Positions 46,474 through 58,720 of a stretch of 64,000 nucleotides of DNA are shown piece by piece. A program made the position numbers and the translations under genes. Source of the DNA: Eukaryota sp. TZLM1-RC (Eukaryota; Protista; Metamonada: BaSk clade); assembly GCA_040285825.1 (NCBI GenBank), contig JAUPSS010000003.1, positions 1 to 64,000 of the forward strand, in the 5' to 3' direction. The notes beneath the pieces are model-generated. The model saw only the letters and a program-made list of their open reading frames with translations, did not search any database and was not told the DNA's origin. How positions within the stretch are numbered: position 1 is the first letter of the stretch; each line of letters starts with the position of its first letter.

Positions 46474-49400
46474 TGTTAGCAGTAGCTAAACGTGTCATTC
46501 CTGTTACGGAAAATGGATTGCGTCATCATAGATTAATTTTATTTAGTTTGTATTTTTTTCTGATTTCTTTGATTCTGTCCATAAACGTCCTGTTATTTAT
46601 CGTGAATAGTTCAATAATAGCAACAGTTATTACTGGCGCCCGTAAAAAATCCGTCCTGTTTCTTGTGTCGAACTCTGTGAACCTTGTAGCTCCGTACCTG
46701 AATAATACCGGTTGAAAAGCCGTCTCAAACTATGTGGATGCTTTAAAGGTTTACGCTCAGCGTATGTAAGCTCATGTCTTGTCAGATATGACAAGATACT
46801 CGTACGCTCCTCACTCTCAATCCTCCTCTCCTAATGATGTTGTAGAGTCCTTCTTCTCTCTTGAGCAGAATGAAACCATTGCTGCTCTCTCTGAGGAAAT
46901 TGAAAAACTTAAGAACTAGACTTTCTCATGTCACATCCGAATCCAATCAGCCTAAGCCTCCTCTAATAATCAATACCGAACCCAAATTGCAAGCTAACTG
47001 CTCTACTCCTGATTCCTCTGATAACCAGCGAGTTTTTCGTAAAGGAATCAACAGTTCAGTTTTAGAGTCTTTTATTCGTCCCGGATTAGAGTCTTATGAG
47101 CTCCGCCAAAGCACAGCTGAAGATCAATTGCTCCCAGCGATGCTACCTATATCCCTCATACCATAGCTGCTATTGTCCTCGAAGGCTTCGAGACTTGCAT
47201 CGAAGTAGACCAAAAGAACCCCTTAGCCATCCTCTCTCATTTTTTATCCATGTGTCAATTTGAAAATCTTGCCAGTTGTATCACCGATTTCAGTCCTTCC
47301 ACCTTAGTCTTTCCGCTCCCACTGTTGATGAAGCGGTCACGTCTAAAATTTTTCAATTCCTGAAGCTTGTCCGTCTTTGCCCCATTCCTCTCCCTGAACT
47401 TTCAAAAATGAAGTTCTTTACCAATGATTATCTGCACTGATAAGTTTAAGCTTGTGATCAAGACCGACATGGAAGTTGGTACCTTTTGTAACTTCTCTTC
47501 TCTCGAGTCCCGCCGTCGCGAGTTGCTCCCTGCTTATGATCTCCCCTATTTTGCTTACTATGCTAATCGAAACATTGCTCCGTCTCCTCACAGAGACTCT
47601 CGTCCTTCTTGCAATACTTTGTTTCATAAATTTTTACGCACAACTACTCAATCTCGTAACCTTTCTTCTTGTGTCACTCCTTCTGCTGAGAAACAACTAC
47701 CTTCAGCTTGCTCTCAAAAATCTGATTACTCAACTCCTTGCCAAGACTCATCCTCCAACACCTGCTTTTATTGCAAACAACCTGGTAAAATGATCAAGAA
47801 TTGCCCAAGGTCAGGTTGGAAAGCTAGCCAAAAGCCCCATCGCTTCCAAAACCACTACCAGTGATTTTTCTTTAAGATCAACAATACCCGCCGCAACGTA
47901 AACCATGTCACCCATTCTGCTGAAAATTCCAAAGCAGACGCCGTTAATTCTATCATAGACACCATCCAAGAAGTCCCCAAGAAAGATTATCAAGTAGAAG
48001 ACACGTATCCTCCGAGCGTTAAATCACGTTCCTTCTTTAGTTCCGATGCAGAACCATACTGTGCTACTCTTTAGCCCTTTTCCCAAATAAATCGTTCAAT
48101 TAAGTCCTTCTCTATACTTACGTCCTCTATTATTATAAAGACAAGCAAATGACTTTCAATATTTCTTTCAGAATCTCGAATCTGTTCCTTTTTTTCTTGT
48201 TTGTAACGAAAACGCTCTTATCTCACAGTACCTCCCTTCCTCTGATTCCGGCTTTGATTCTTCTGTCGACTCGTCACCCGAAGCTGAAAAATTACAGTAA
48301 ACGGTTTAATTAGTCGGGATTTTTTATTAGTCGGGATTTTTATTAGTCTGGTTCAGACTAATTCTTATTTTCTTGCAGAAAAAGAAACATTAATTTATTC
48401 AACACTGAGTCACACAAAGTACATCTTATGGTTCTAGGATCCCCAATACTAAACGACCTTGCAAGACTCCAAGCACAACGGCCTCCATCGAATGATGAAA
48501 ATCAGGTAATAGACTCAGCACCATCTTCTTTGGACGATCTTTTCGAAGATTCTGGACAGCTGAAGCCAGAACTCCAGGAAATTGTAGCAAAACACTCTGA
48601 CGAGTTCAATGGCAGAAAGCCAGAAACTTGGCCCGATAGTGACAGTGATGGAGAATGATTGAAAATAGGTTATAGGTTACAATGGGTATAAAATTTAGGT
48701 CTTGATTGTTGTGTTCTAATGAAAAAAAATCCCGACTAATTTACTACATGATGAATTAGTCTGGTCCAAACTAATAGAAATAAATGGAATATAATCGGGA
48801 TTTAATTTAGTCGGGACCAGACTAATAGTTATATGGTCGTCATCAAAACTACTATGGAAATTAGTCGGGACCAGACTAATTAAACCGTTTACTGTAGTTT
48901 CTAAAATTGAGTCTGAGATTCACATGGTACCGTCAAGCAACGCTCCTTCCTGTTCAAAAAGTTTTTGTCGGTGAAAGCTAGTCCCGATTTCGACTCTGAA
49001 CTTGGGGGGATCGACGCAGACTGTGCCAAGCACTATACTACTTTAAATCTCCCAAAGGCTTTCTGGCAGCTGAGTTCTTATCCAAATGATCAAGAACAGT
49101 CCGCCATCGATATTCCTGGCCGTAAGATCAAGTACACTCGCGCTGTTTTTGGACTCAAAAACGTTTTCGCTATTTTTCAGAACATGATAAAGAAGATTTC
49201 CAAATCTGATGGACTATTCATCTATACGGATGACACTATTGTAGCCTCATCTAACAAAAATAGCTTCCTCGCTAGGCTAGAATACATTGTCAAACAAGCT
49301 GCTCGCTGCCGAGTTCGCATTGACCTTCACAAATGCGCATTTCAGACCAAAAAACATGCAATCAAGGTTCTGGTCTATATTTGAAAATGGTCAAAATCGT

Positions 49401-50812
49401 CAACATTGACTTCATCCCACAAACATCGAATCAATCATTAAGCTAGTTCCGCCTACCTCTGTCCCTGACTTGCAATCATTTATCGGATCAGTGAACTTTC
49501 ACCGTGATTGGATTCCATCCACATCCTCCGAAGCCCTCGACAGCTTTACTCCGCAATAAGTTCAGAAAAATCCGCCTAGGTGACTCCGAACTGAAAAACT
49601 TTCAAAACAAAGACATGATTACAAACAGCCTACCTCTCGCCTTCCCCGATTCTGACAGCAAGTTCCTGGTCTCCACTGAGGCTTTTGAGAAAGCCATCGC
49701 TGGAATTATCTGGAAAAAACCCGAACCTTTTGCACCGTGAGCATGCCTCTCTGAATGCAAAGTAATGTTAATTTCCTTCTACTCCCGTATTTTTTCCTCC
49801 TCCCAGCAACGTTGGTTAACGCTCCAGAAACAATTATTTGCCATCGTAATGACCCTCAACCAGCCAAATCTATTCTCGTTTCTTTTAACTAACATCTGAC
49901 CGTTTTCTGTGATCGTAAAAATTTATCATTTCTCTTTAGTTGCTTTAATTCCAACCGCGTAGTTTTCCGCTGAATTCTTGTTCAAAAATTTTTTTTGATT
50001 GTGTACACCTGAAAAGTCCCAAAAACTATTGGGCCAATTATCTGTCTCAAGCTTCCCAGTTGTCCCCTTCAAAAAAGGAGAAGATGACCAGTAGTAGTAC
50101 GGGCCGTATTACACCCAGTTCTGAATTCTGCCATCACAATCGTGGATTTTGACTAAGCTGATATACTTTTTCCTTTATTCAATTACTTGAACCTCCACAC
50201 TCTGCCCTCTAACTCGACATTCAGCTACTAGTACAACATAGATTATGCCAGCGCCGCTCGTCACCTCCATCTCTCAGCTCTTTGCTTTGAACACTCTGTT
50301 ACTGCCCGGTTGAATTCACTCTGATAATAGTCCTGAATTCGCCAACAAGATTTTCAGCCTCCTCTGTCAGTTTCTTAATGTTGAGCACACTCTGTGCCTA
50401 CCACACTATCATCAGTCTAACAGCCAAGTCGAACGCCAAAACCGAAATTTCATGTAAGTTATTCGCCGCATGTTGTTAGATTCCGGAGAATTAATTTTCG
50501 ATGCCATCATAGATATCTTCAAAGTTTCCGCCACCGTGCTCTGGTCTGAAGGAACCACCACCATTCAGCCTGTACACTCTATCCGCAACAACGCTGCCTA
50601 ATGTAGGTTCATGAAACTCTCCGCTGATGCTCCCAAGACCCGACGAAAGAGGAATAGAAGGCAGTGTTAGCAGTAGCTCAATGTGTCCTTCCTATTACGG
50701 AAGGTGGATCACGTCATCATAGATTTATGTTTATTTAGTTTGTATTATTTTCTGATTTCTTTCATTCTGTCCCTAAACGTCCTGTTATTTTGTTTATGAT
50801 GAATAGTGCACA
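46474..50812 (+). mobile_element. Degenerate Ty3/Gypsy LTR retrotransposon with paired LTRs (46474-46625 and 50665-~50812)
   Basis: LTRs differ at 8 of the first 61 nt. PBS TGGCGCCCG at 46634 (tRNA-Lys-like) and PPT GAAAGAGGAATAGAAGGCAG. Gag knuckle CFYCKQPG...C, RT FIYTDD, RNase H and integrase HSDNSPEF. Confidence 0.9.
48295..48894. mobile_element. 600-bp Tc1/mariner/pogo-type MITE inserted into the Gypsy element
   Basis: Perfect 21-bp TIRs CAGTAAACGGTTTAATTAGTC, TA TSD on both sides, subterminal TTAGTC(G/T)GG repeats, internal 76-aa ORF. Confidence 0.93.
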
Positions 50813-50849
50813 ATATATGAGTCTAAAAACAAAGTTCAGCTTCCGTTAT

Positions 50850-51565
50850 TACGTGTAATCGATGCCACAGTGGCAAAACAATGGTTGTTATTTCGGCACC
50901 AAATAGATGGTCCGTTAAGTGTGTCGACTATAGTTGTAATTCCGAATTACGTAATACATCTATTAGACCGGGACGAAATTCACAATTTTGTAAGGTCGCC
51001 GATTGTCCAGTCAATATCTTTGAAATAAATACTTTTCACCTCACACATGTTGTGGAGCAAACGCAGAATATATTGCAAATAAGGTCAGTATTCAAACAAA
51101 AGTCGAAAACCATTTTTATTAACGTCGTGATAAAACAAAATGTCAAACAGAGGATTGTGACTGTTGAAGCAAACTATGTCACAGTTTGGCGAGCAAAACA
51201 AATAGGCATTGATTGAACCTTTACATCAAACGAAGAAAACTTTGCCACTTTACCTATGTTATTATTTTTAAGGTTTGGAGCAACCAACAAGGGTTTTAAG
51301 TCTTGTAGACAAGTATTGATGGTAGAGGTAAATTTCATAATTTAAAGAAGCGACGTAGACAATATTCATATAAACTCAGACATGGAAGATCATTTCCACT
51401 TGATAATGGTCTTCATCGACTGTAAAGTACTATAAATACTTCGTATACATGATCAAATCGTTTATACAGACTCTAAAAAACACATAACAATGTCAAGAGG
51501 GCGACAGAGACCCAGTTGGATGTCCGTAGAAAGAATAAGGAAAGGTGGTAGAAAACGTAACTACT
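50850..51565 (+). mobile_element. MULE transposase remnant with internal deletion
   Basis: MuDR-like RWSVKC..SC, Y.TVWRAKQ and F..LP pattern, plus a basic KRGR tail. Confidence 0.55.
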
Positions 51566-51634
51566 TGAAAACTTGAAGTGAAATCGTGTCTATTTTTGTA
51601 ATTCACTCATTTACTCTAACATAAATAACCACTT

Positions 51635-53617
51635 ATGTCAGCCTCATCTCCCCACATTATTCCTGGGACTGAAACCAAGGTGGTCCCTGAAGAGCGTCTC
51701 ACTCTTTGGAGAAACTTTGTTACTTCCTATGCCCGTTACCCTGAAAGACAGTGCTTAGGTAGTCGTATACCTTCCTCACAAGACAGTGCAGTTGTTTGGT
51801 CTGAATACCAGTGGCTTTCTTATGGCGAAGTTAAAGTCCTCGTTGAGAAAATCTCATCATCTTTACATAAGCTGGGGTTAGTCAAAGGAGACAGAGTTGG
51901 TATAATGAGTCGTAGTAGAGCTTCGTGGCAGCTTGTTTCTCTGTCTTGTGCTCGAATGGGTTACATATCTGTTTCTCTATACCCCGAAGTTCCTTCTAGT
52001 GAAACATCCTATGTCGTAACTGATGCTGAGTGTAAGGTACTGTTTGTTGAACCTTTCAGGGCATCTACTATTCACAATATGGATATGCCATCTTGTGTTT
52101 CTAACATTTTCTTTTTTGATGACAATATGGTTGACCATGATGACATTATTAAAGCAAAGCAGGATTTTCCTTCTCTTTTTAACAATGATACTGTCAAAAC
52201 TGATGCTTTTTCCTCATTAAAGAGTAATGACTCGTTTGTTTCTGCTGCTCATGTGCTACCTGATGACCTGGTTGCCCTAATTTACACTTCTGGAACCACG
52301 GGGAAACCAAAGGGGGCAATGCTTACACATTCTAATATTATACATTCTGCTGCTGGTCTAATTGAAAGACTCCCTTATGGTGAGGTTTCTTTCCAAGATT
52401 GTTTGATTTCCTTTCTTCCTTTAGCCCATGTGTTTGAGTTTGTCCTGGAAACCACCATGTTTGTCATTAGCGCACGGATTGGTTACTATACTGGTGAAGT
52501 TTTGAGACTCTTGGATGATGTTAAATGTTTGGCACCAACGTTTTTTGTAGGTGTCCCCAGAGTGTTCAACAAAATTGTAGACAAGGTTAATTCCCAGGTT
52601 TCAAAGTCTACCATGAAGAGCTTACTGTTTTCTAGGGCGATGAATGTTAAACTTGATCATTTAAATGGTCATGATCGAGCATTTGGTACAAGACTTTATG
52701 ATAAACTTGTCTTTTCAAAGGTTAAAGCACAGTTTGGGGGCCGTATTCGTGCAATGTACAGTGGTTCTGCAAAGTTAGATCCACAAGTTGCTGCTTTTAT
52801 TTCTTGTGTTCTCTGTGCTCCTCTTGCTGAGGGATATGGAAGTACAGAGACTAGTGCCGCTGGTTGTGTAGACTTGCTCCCTGATATGACTAGTTCAAGT
52901 CCTTTTGAATACGGAACTGTTGGTTATAACACTGGAAAAATGGAAGTTAAAATTGTTGATGTTCCTGAAATGGATTATTATGTTCCTAGAGGAGAAATCT
53001 TAATGCGAGGACCTGCTGTGTTTAAGGGTTATTGGAAGCTCCCTGAAAAGACCAAGGAAGTGTTTACTTCTGATGGTTACTATATGACTGGGGACATTGG
53101 TGAAATTGATTCTAAAGGAAGATTGTCTATTATTGACAGGAAGAGTGGTATCGTCAAGTCTATTCAAGGCGAATATATCAATCTTTCAATTATTGAATCC
53201 GATCTTGAATCTTTGGAACTGGTAGATCAAGTAGTTTGTGTTGCCGGCAAAACCACCAAGCTCCTTGCACTCGTTACTCCTTCGTTGAATCTTTTAGATG
53301 ATCTCAAGGATCAATTAGACGCTGGAAACACTGAAAAGATTCAAAAGTATGCTGAAAAAGTTGTTGATGGGTTTAAGGAAATTGCAAAAGCAAGAAATCA
53401 TCGAAGCTTTGAATTTGTTTCCAACATTCATGTTTGCTTGGACCCGTTCACCGTTGAAAATGGCCTCATGACACCATCAATGAAGAAAAAGCGTAATATT
53501 ATACTTCAAAAATACACATCTGAAGTCGATAGTCTTGTATCTATGTTAAACAATTTGGATATAGGTAGTGGAGCTAACTGTTTCAGTACATGTTCATGTT
53601 TCACGAAAAAGATTTAA
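51635..53617 (+). CDS. ACSL: Long-chain fatty acyl-CoA synthetase
   Basis: YTSGTTGKPKG, LPLAHVFE, EGYGSTE, TGDIG, IIDRK, GEYI and LMTPSMKKKR motifs in an intact 660-aa ORF. Confidence 0.95.
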   Translation: MSASSPHIIPGTETKVVPEERLTLWRNFVTSYARYPERQCLGSRIPSSQDSAVVWSEYQWLSYGEVKVLVEKISSSLHKLGLVKGDRVGIMSRSRASWQLVSLSCARMGYISVSLYPEVPSSETSYVVTDAECKVLFVEPFRASTIHNMDMPSCVSNIFFFDDNMVDHDDIIKAKQDFPSLFNNDTVKTDAFSSLKSNDSFVSAAHVLPDDLVALIYTSGTTGKPKGAMLTHSNIIHSAAGLIERLPYGEVSFQDCLISFLPLAHVFEFVLETTMFVISARIGYYTGEVLRLLDDVKCLAPTFFVGVPRVFNKIVDKVNSQVSKSTMKSLLFSRAMNVKLDHLNGHDRAFGTRLYDKLVFSKVKAQFGGRIRAMYSGSAKLDPQVAAFISCVLCAPLAEGYGSTETSAAGCVDLLPDMTSSSPFEYGTVGYNTGKMEVKIVDVPEMDYYVPRGEILMRGPAVFKGYWKLPEKTKEVFTSDGYYMTGDIGEIDSKGRLSIIDRKSGIVKSIQGEYINLSIIESDLESLELVDQVVCVAGKTTKLLALVTPSLNLLDDLKDQLDAGNTEKIQKYAEKVVDGFKEIAKARNHRSFEFVSNIHVCLDPFTVENGLMTPSMKKKRNIILQKYTSEVDSLVSMLNNLDIGSGANCFSTCSCFTKKI

Positions 53618-54759
53618 TAAAATTTTTGTAAATTATTCAGACCAAGGGCATTGAAAAACTATTTATTATTAGAGAATGCACACATCTTGATTACAGATAT
53701 AAATATCTTCTGTTTGAACAGCCACATGGAATCCATGTTTCTTCAAGAATTGTAATGCAGCTTGATTGTCCACGCTAGCATCCAAGTCACATTTCTTGTA
53801 GTTTGTCTCTCAGCTGACATTGATCCAGTTACTGCTTAATAATTAAGTTCAGGTTCACTTTGATGAAAACAAGAACTGTAAGTGCTGCAAATGGTCTCAA
53901 AATTATACTGAATAGCATAAATACTATTAAATAATAAGAGAATGGCAGAGACAGACAACTTGTATCTTTGTTAATGAAACTTTGTATGAATGGAAAATTA
54001 GCATGAAAAGCTAAATAACGTTAATTTTATCAAAAATGGTTGAAAAAATGTCAACATAATTTTATATTCTGAAATGTTGTTCAATATATACAACTATCAT
54101 TTCAACACCAATATGTTAGCATATGTGAGGAGTAATCGCAACAACACAGCTAAATGGGGAATTTGCAGGAAAGATTTTAGGTCAGTGTAGTTTGTGCATT
54201 TGTTTTTGATATAATCTATCTAAAATATTGACCAACACCTTCACTTAATCAATAACTATATTTAATTACGCACTATAACAACTATATACTAACACCTTCT
54301 ATTCCACTTTTAGATAAACGGGGCCATGTTCATGGTTAACAGTAGAGAATTCGTTCATCAAAACATTAGAATTTTTCAACAGACATAATTTTATTGTCAA
54401 CTTCCAACATATATTTAAGAATTTCCTACTCAATGAAAAAGTTGTCAAGTCAAAATCAAACAGAAATTTTAACACCAGTGCCTCAAAAAAGCTAATTGTG
54501 AATGGTACATCAATTAGTTCCAAAAAGAAGCAACCCATCTGTGTCCAATTTTCTACAAATGCAAGACCATCAGTAGAAACAAAATTGTTTTCGAATGGCT
54601 TCTTTTCCAAAAAATAGTTGACATCCAAAAATGAGGAGGTTGAATAGCTTTCAATGCCACTTGAAGTTCGTTGAGACATCATCAGTAGATTGTTCTTCAA
54701 TGGAAAGAGAGCAGTATTCCGTTGAACACCAACCATTCACAGAACTTTGAACCCAAATG

Positions 54760-55670
54760 AATACAATCAAATTCTGAATTTTTGACAAATTATGAAGCAC
54801 TTCTTGGTGAAAATATGGAAAAATTCCAAAATCAACATCGCAAATGGATACTACAAAAGGGTAAAAGGTTATTCCAACACAAAGGTGATTACTTTGGTTT
54901 TTCTCTGATAGCTGAAGCTGTAAAGGACTATTTACATTTCACCAAAACGGACAAAAATCATGAGAAAGTTTCTCGACTTCAAACGAAAATCCTCCTTCTG
55001 CAAATGAAAACAAGCATACAAAACTAAAGGAATTAACTATGAAGACACTGACTGCTCCCCAAAGAAGAAGAGAAATTGCGAACAAAGACCATCAAAAATT
55101 GCATAAGAATGGTGAAGCAACATGGATTTATCATAACAAAACTGTAAAAGTATCTTACTAAAAGGCAAAGAACAACTCTTCCCTTTGTATTGGAGCTGTT
55201 AACGAAACAGAATTAGGAGTCATGAAGTTGCAAAGATCCATGGCCATAGAGAGATTTGAAGCAAGATGGATGAATGAATTTGAAAATCAGTTTGAGGTCT
55301 AGAAAATACCATAATAGTATTGGGTGATTGGAAACGAACCAATTTGAAACATCAAGCACCTACAGAGAATATAAGGTATGAAAAGATGTTTAAAGAACTT
55401 AACTTTCGTCCTTTTCTAATAGATGAATAAAGAATAAGTTGTCTATGTCATGGGTGTGTACTCGAGGAAAAAGAAGGTGAAAATGTAAAGAAACATCGAG
55501 TACCTAATCCAAGACCTTACAGAAAACCAAAAAACCAACGGTCTTTAGAGATGGATTACTCACTAACAAAAAGCTTGGATGTCCATGGAATTGAGGTGTC
55601 AATGCTGTTCTTAAAAGGATTGCTGTTGCGGATTAGTATCCTTGAAGAATAAAAGATCTTGATTCATTTC
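54760..55670 (+). pseudogene. Third Fanzor relic (C-terminal half, heavily degraded)
   Basis: RFEARWMNEF, IVLGDWKRTNLKHQAPT, FLIDE*RISCLCHGC, PNPRPYRK and WN*GVNAVL (RuvC-III remnant). Confidence 0.8.
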
Positions 55671-55730
55671 ATCCACATCCTCCAGTACTTTCGACAAGTT
55701 GCTACTATTTGACATTAGTGTTTTCAGTCG

Positions 55731-56231
55731 ATGTCTACTATCCCACAAGTACCTGATGTGTCCAACGAATTATCTTCTCTGTCTGAGTCAGTACTGAAAT
55801 CTTTTCTCTCGGATGAGGACGCCTTTCTCAGCTTTATTGAACGGCATAACTATAGCTTACGAGTGCAAAACATTCTTGATGGTATTACTGAAAACAACCG
55901 TGCCGCAGCCGAGAACATTCTCAGCAAAGAGAGTGACATAAATGAGGTCCAGCAACAACTTTCCCAACTTCGCAGTCGTCATGACTCATTGTTCCAAGAG
56001 TTTCAGAACCTATCCAAAGAACTCAATTCTAAGTTTGGTTCTAATGCAGCAAAAAGTGAACTGATACAAGAACTAGATTCAGAGTTGGAGGACGCAAAAT
56101 CTAAGGCTGATGAAATTGATATGAAGTTTGTTGATGGACACCTTGCTGTTTCTGACTATGTAAAAAGTGGAGTTGATATCCATAAGAATGTATCAAGACT
56201 TAGGTTTATTATTTCTAGCTTAAATGATTAA
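55731..56231 (+). CDS. VPS37: ESCRT-I subunit VPS37-like (Mod(r) domain)
   Basis: 166-aa coiled coil with N.AAAENIL and A.EI...FV.G...V.DYV pattern typical of Vps37. Confidence 0.7.
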   Translation: MSTIPQVPDVSNELSSLSESVLKSFLSDEDAFLSFIERHNYSLRVQNILDGITENNRAAAENILSKESDINEVQQQLSQLRSRHDSLFQEFQNLSKELNSKFGSNAAKSELIQELDSELEDAKSKADEIDMKFVDGHLAVSDYVKSGVDIHKNVSRLRFIISSLND

Positions 56232-58329
56232 TGTTGTCGCTACTGTTTTTCCCTTTTGTAAATAAAGTTTCTTTTGTGTCCATTAAATCTTTGAAATCAA
56301 GCCAAGGGATCTACACTGCTGCATCAGTTAATCTCTCTGAGATTACTTTTAAATTCAAGATCTGCAGCTGCTTAAACAGATCTAATATCGAACTTTCAAG
56401 ACTAATTTCTCAAAGTCATGATTGTGTTCAACAGCAATTAATTTGTGCCAACAACCCTCATCAGAATTGACCTTGTACTAAATGAATATAAATGAGAGGT
56501 GAACATTGAACATCAACTGTAAATTGTCTGCAAAGATGTAAATAATAAAGCAAATGAGCTGATTGCACTCAATCTAATTTAGAAAGTTCAAAGAATTTTT
56601 AATTTGTGTAGGACAAAATTAGGATTAGAACAACATGGAAGTCAGGAAAGAATCAGTTTCAGCGATTCAATTATTCTGCTGGCACTAATTACTTCCAGTA
56701 GTATACCAATTTTTGGGCAGCACAAGGATGTTTGAGTGGTAATATAAAAAATTTTTCTATTTATGATAATTATTTGAAATATGCACTAATCATTCTTTTG
56801 CGCACTCACTAACCTTTGCAGTTCTTTTTGGCTACAATTATCATGAATATGACTTTCAACCTGTTGACCCAGTTGGCCTCACACTTTTGTTTATTCAAAT
56901 ATTTGCACAGAGTTATTGAACAATTCTATTTTAATATTTTCCTTGAATTGCTGAAAATCCACGAACTTTCAAGACAACTTTGACATTTATCAGCTATTTT
57001 TCGAACAGGGACTTCACACTGAGTGGTTGATATTCTAATTTCATTCAATATGAAAAAGGAAAGGGTAATAATATTGTCCTCTGTAACAATGATTCCGTTT
57101 ACAATTTTAGTTTTTGAGGAGTTATTACTGCTCCCAATCCTAATGATTCAATGGAGGTAGTTTGCTTCCGTTTCTCTGAACTGCTGGGTTTTAAGTTTGG
57201 AGTTTGGTCTTCCAGCAGTGTATGAATAAAGTATTTGTTTGTTCTATTCTTCTGTAGCCTTATCCCTTTTTCGTTAAATGATTTTTTGGATTTTTTTTAT
57301 TTTTTTGGTGTCCCTTGTTTTTTTAAACGAATCTATTTTTTGGATTTTTTTTAATTTTTTCTCTAATTCAGTAATGTTTTTTCTTTGGACTTAATAATAC
57401 AGCAGCATATGATTGAGCATCATGGTAAAATATTTCCTCTTCTATTGGAGTATCAGATATGAATACTAATTTACTATCAAAGGTCTGTTCCAGTCATAAC
57501 CTTACCTTTTTTTAGTTCAATTCATTTACTGAGACCATGAACATATAGCTCACCTTGTTCTGTTTTTTATCTTTACATCTTTTTGAAATCATTTTTTCTA
57601 AGTGAAAACTGAAACCCCAAAACCATTTGTTAGAATACTGCTGTCAAAAAGTAGCGATTCGTATCGTTGGTCATGGTACTCTGCTGCATGTGGAACATTT
57701 TTCTCCAAGTTTTAAGATTTCTTTTATCGTCATTAGCGGTTTCATCTTCTGAAGTTAAAAGCACTGAGGCATATGGGTCTTTGCACTACCAGAAAACGTA
57801 AAGTGAATTCCAATTCCAAATGTAAGACTAATTCGTCTGCAATTTATTTTCATAGCTCTCGTACGAGAGTTCAGAAATGGAAAAGGGTATGATTGTACTG
57901 TGGACAATTAGTCTAGTATAGACTTCACTAGTGATGGCCAGTGAATTCTAATAAATACCTTCATTCTTTAGCTATTGTTATCTATATATGTCAACAGCAT
58001 CAAAATTAGAAAACCCAATCCTTAATTATTTACAACGTTTTATCTACTAGAACATGAATGTCTCCATATTTTGCACATTGAAACTAGAGGTAGTGAAATT
58101 ATACTTAATTAAACAAAAAGATTGATTGATGAATCTGCCGAAATTTGTGATGCTGAGCATGATGAAACTGCAGAAAGTGCAACTTGGACAGACGGTGTCT
58201 CGCCGCCATACCAAACTGCGGTGCAATAAGGAACTTTATTGATATTTGAGTCTATAAAATTAAAGTAGTCTATAATCTTAATAATTACAAATTTTTCCAT
58301 ATCACCTGCAGCAATGTTTTTATGTTAAT

Positions 58330-58720
58330 CTATATCTTTATTAGGGAAGTCAGAGAGGTGTAGTTTACAATGATTAGTGCTAGCCGTCCACGTCTAACCA
58401 GTGACAAAGTTCTTCAGTGATAAACTTTTCTCGAATTTCACATCTTCAATGAGAAGGTGCCAGCGAAGCAATTATGGAGTTTACCATTGGTCTATAATCG
58501 CAAAATTAAGTCACCTGTATCAAAAGAATTCTTACTGTTGTTAACTTTAGGAAGTTGTTGAGTTTTCTTTAGTTCTGCCTCTTCTATCTTCTTTGAAATT
58601 TTTTCAAGTTTTGCTTCGAGATCTTTAACCAAGGGAATATCTACAATAGCTGATTTTATTAGTTTAAACTCATTCTTAGAATCAGCTCTAGTGTTGACCT
58701 TGGGCAATATTTATACCTTG
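58330..58720 (-). mobile_element. Gypsy integrase C-terminal fragment
   Basis: LEAKLEKI...SFDTGDLILRL...KLH..FAG.F (GPY/F-like module). Confidence 0.6.

Noticed and set aside
48300-48360. Short tandem ATTAGTCGGGATTTTT repeats as a CRISPR array
   Set aside because: They are subterminal MITE repeats with no unique spacers, no cas genes and a eukaryotic context.
53650-54740. 145-aa minus-strand ORF (54299-54736) and neighbouring coding-like debris, also 27860-28900, 42330-43000 and 56500-57650
   Set aside because: No recognisable domain and many stops. Probably decayed multicopy genes, but no specific call can be supported.
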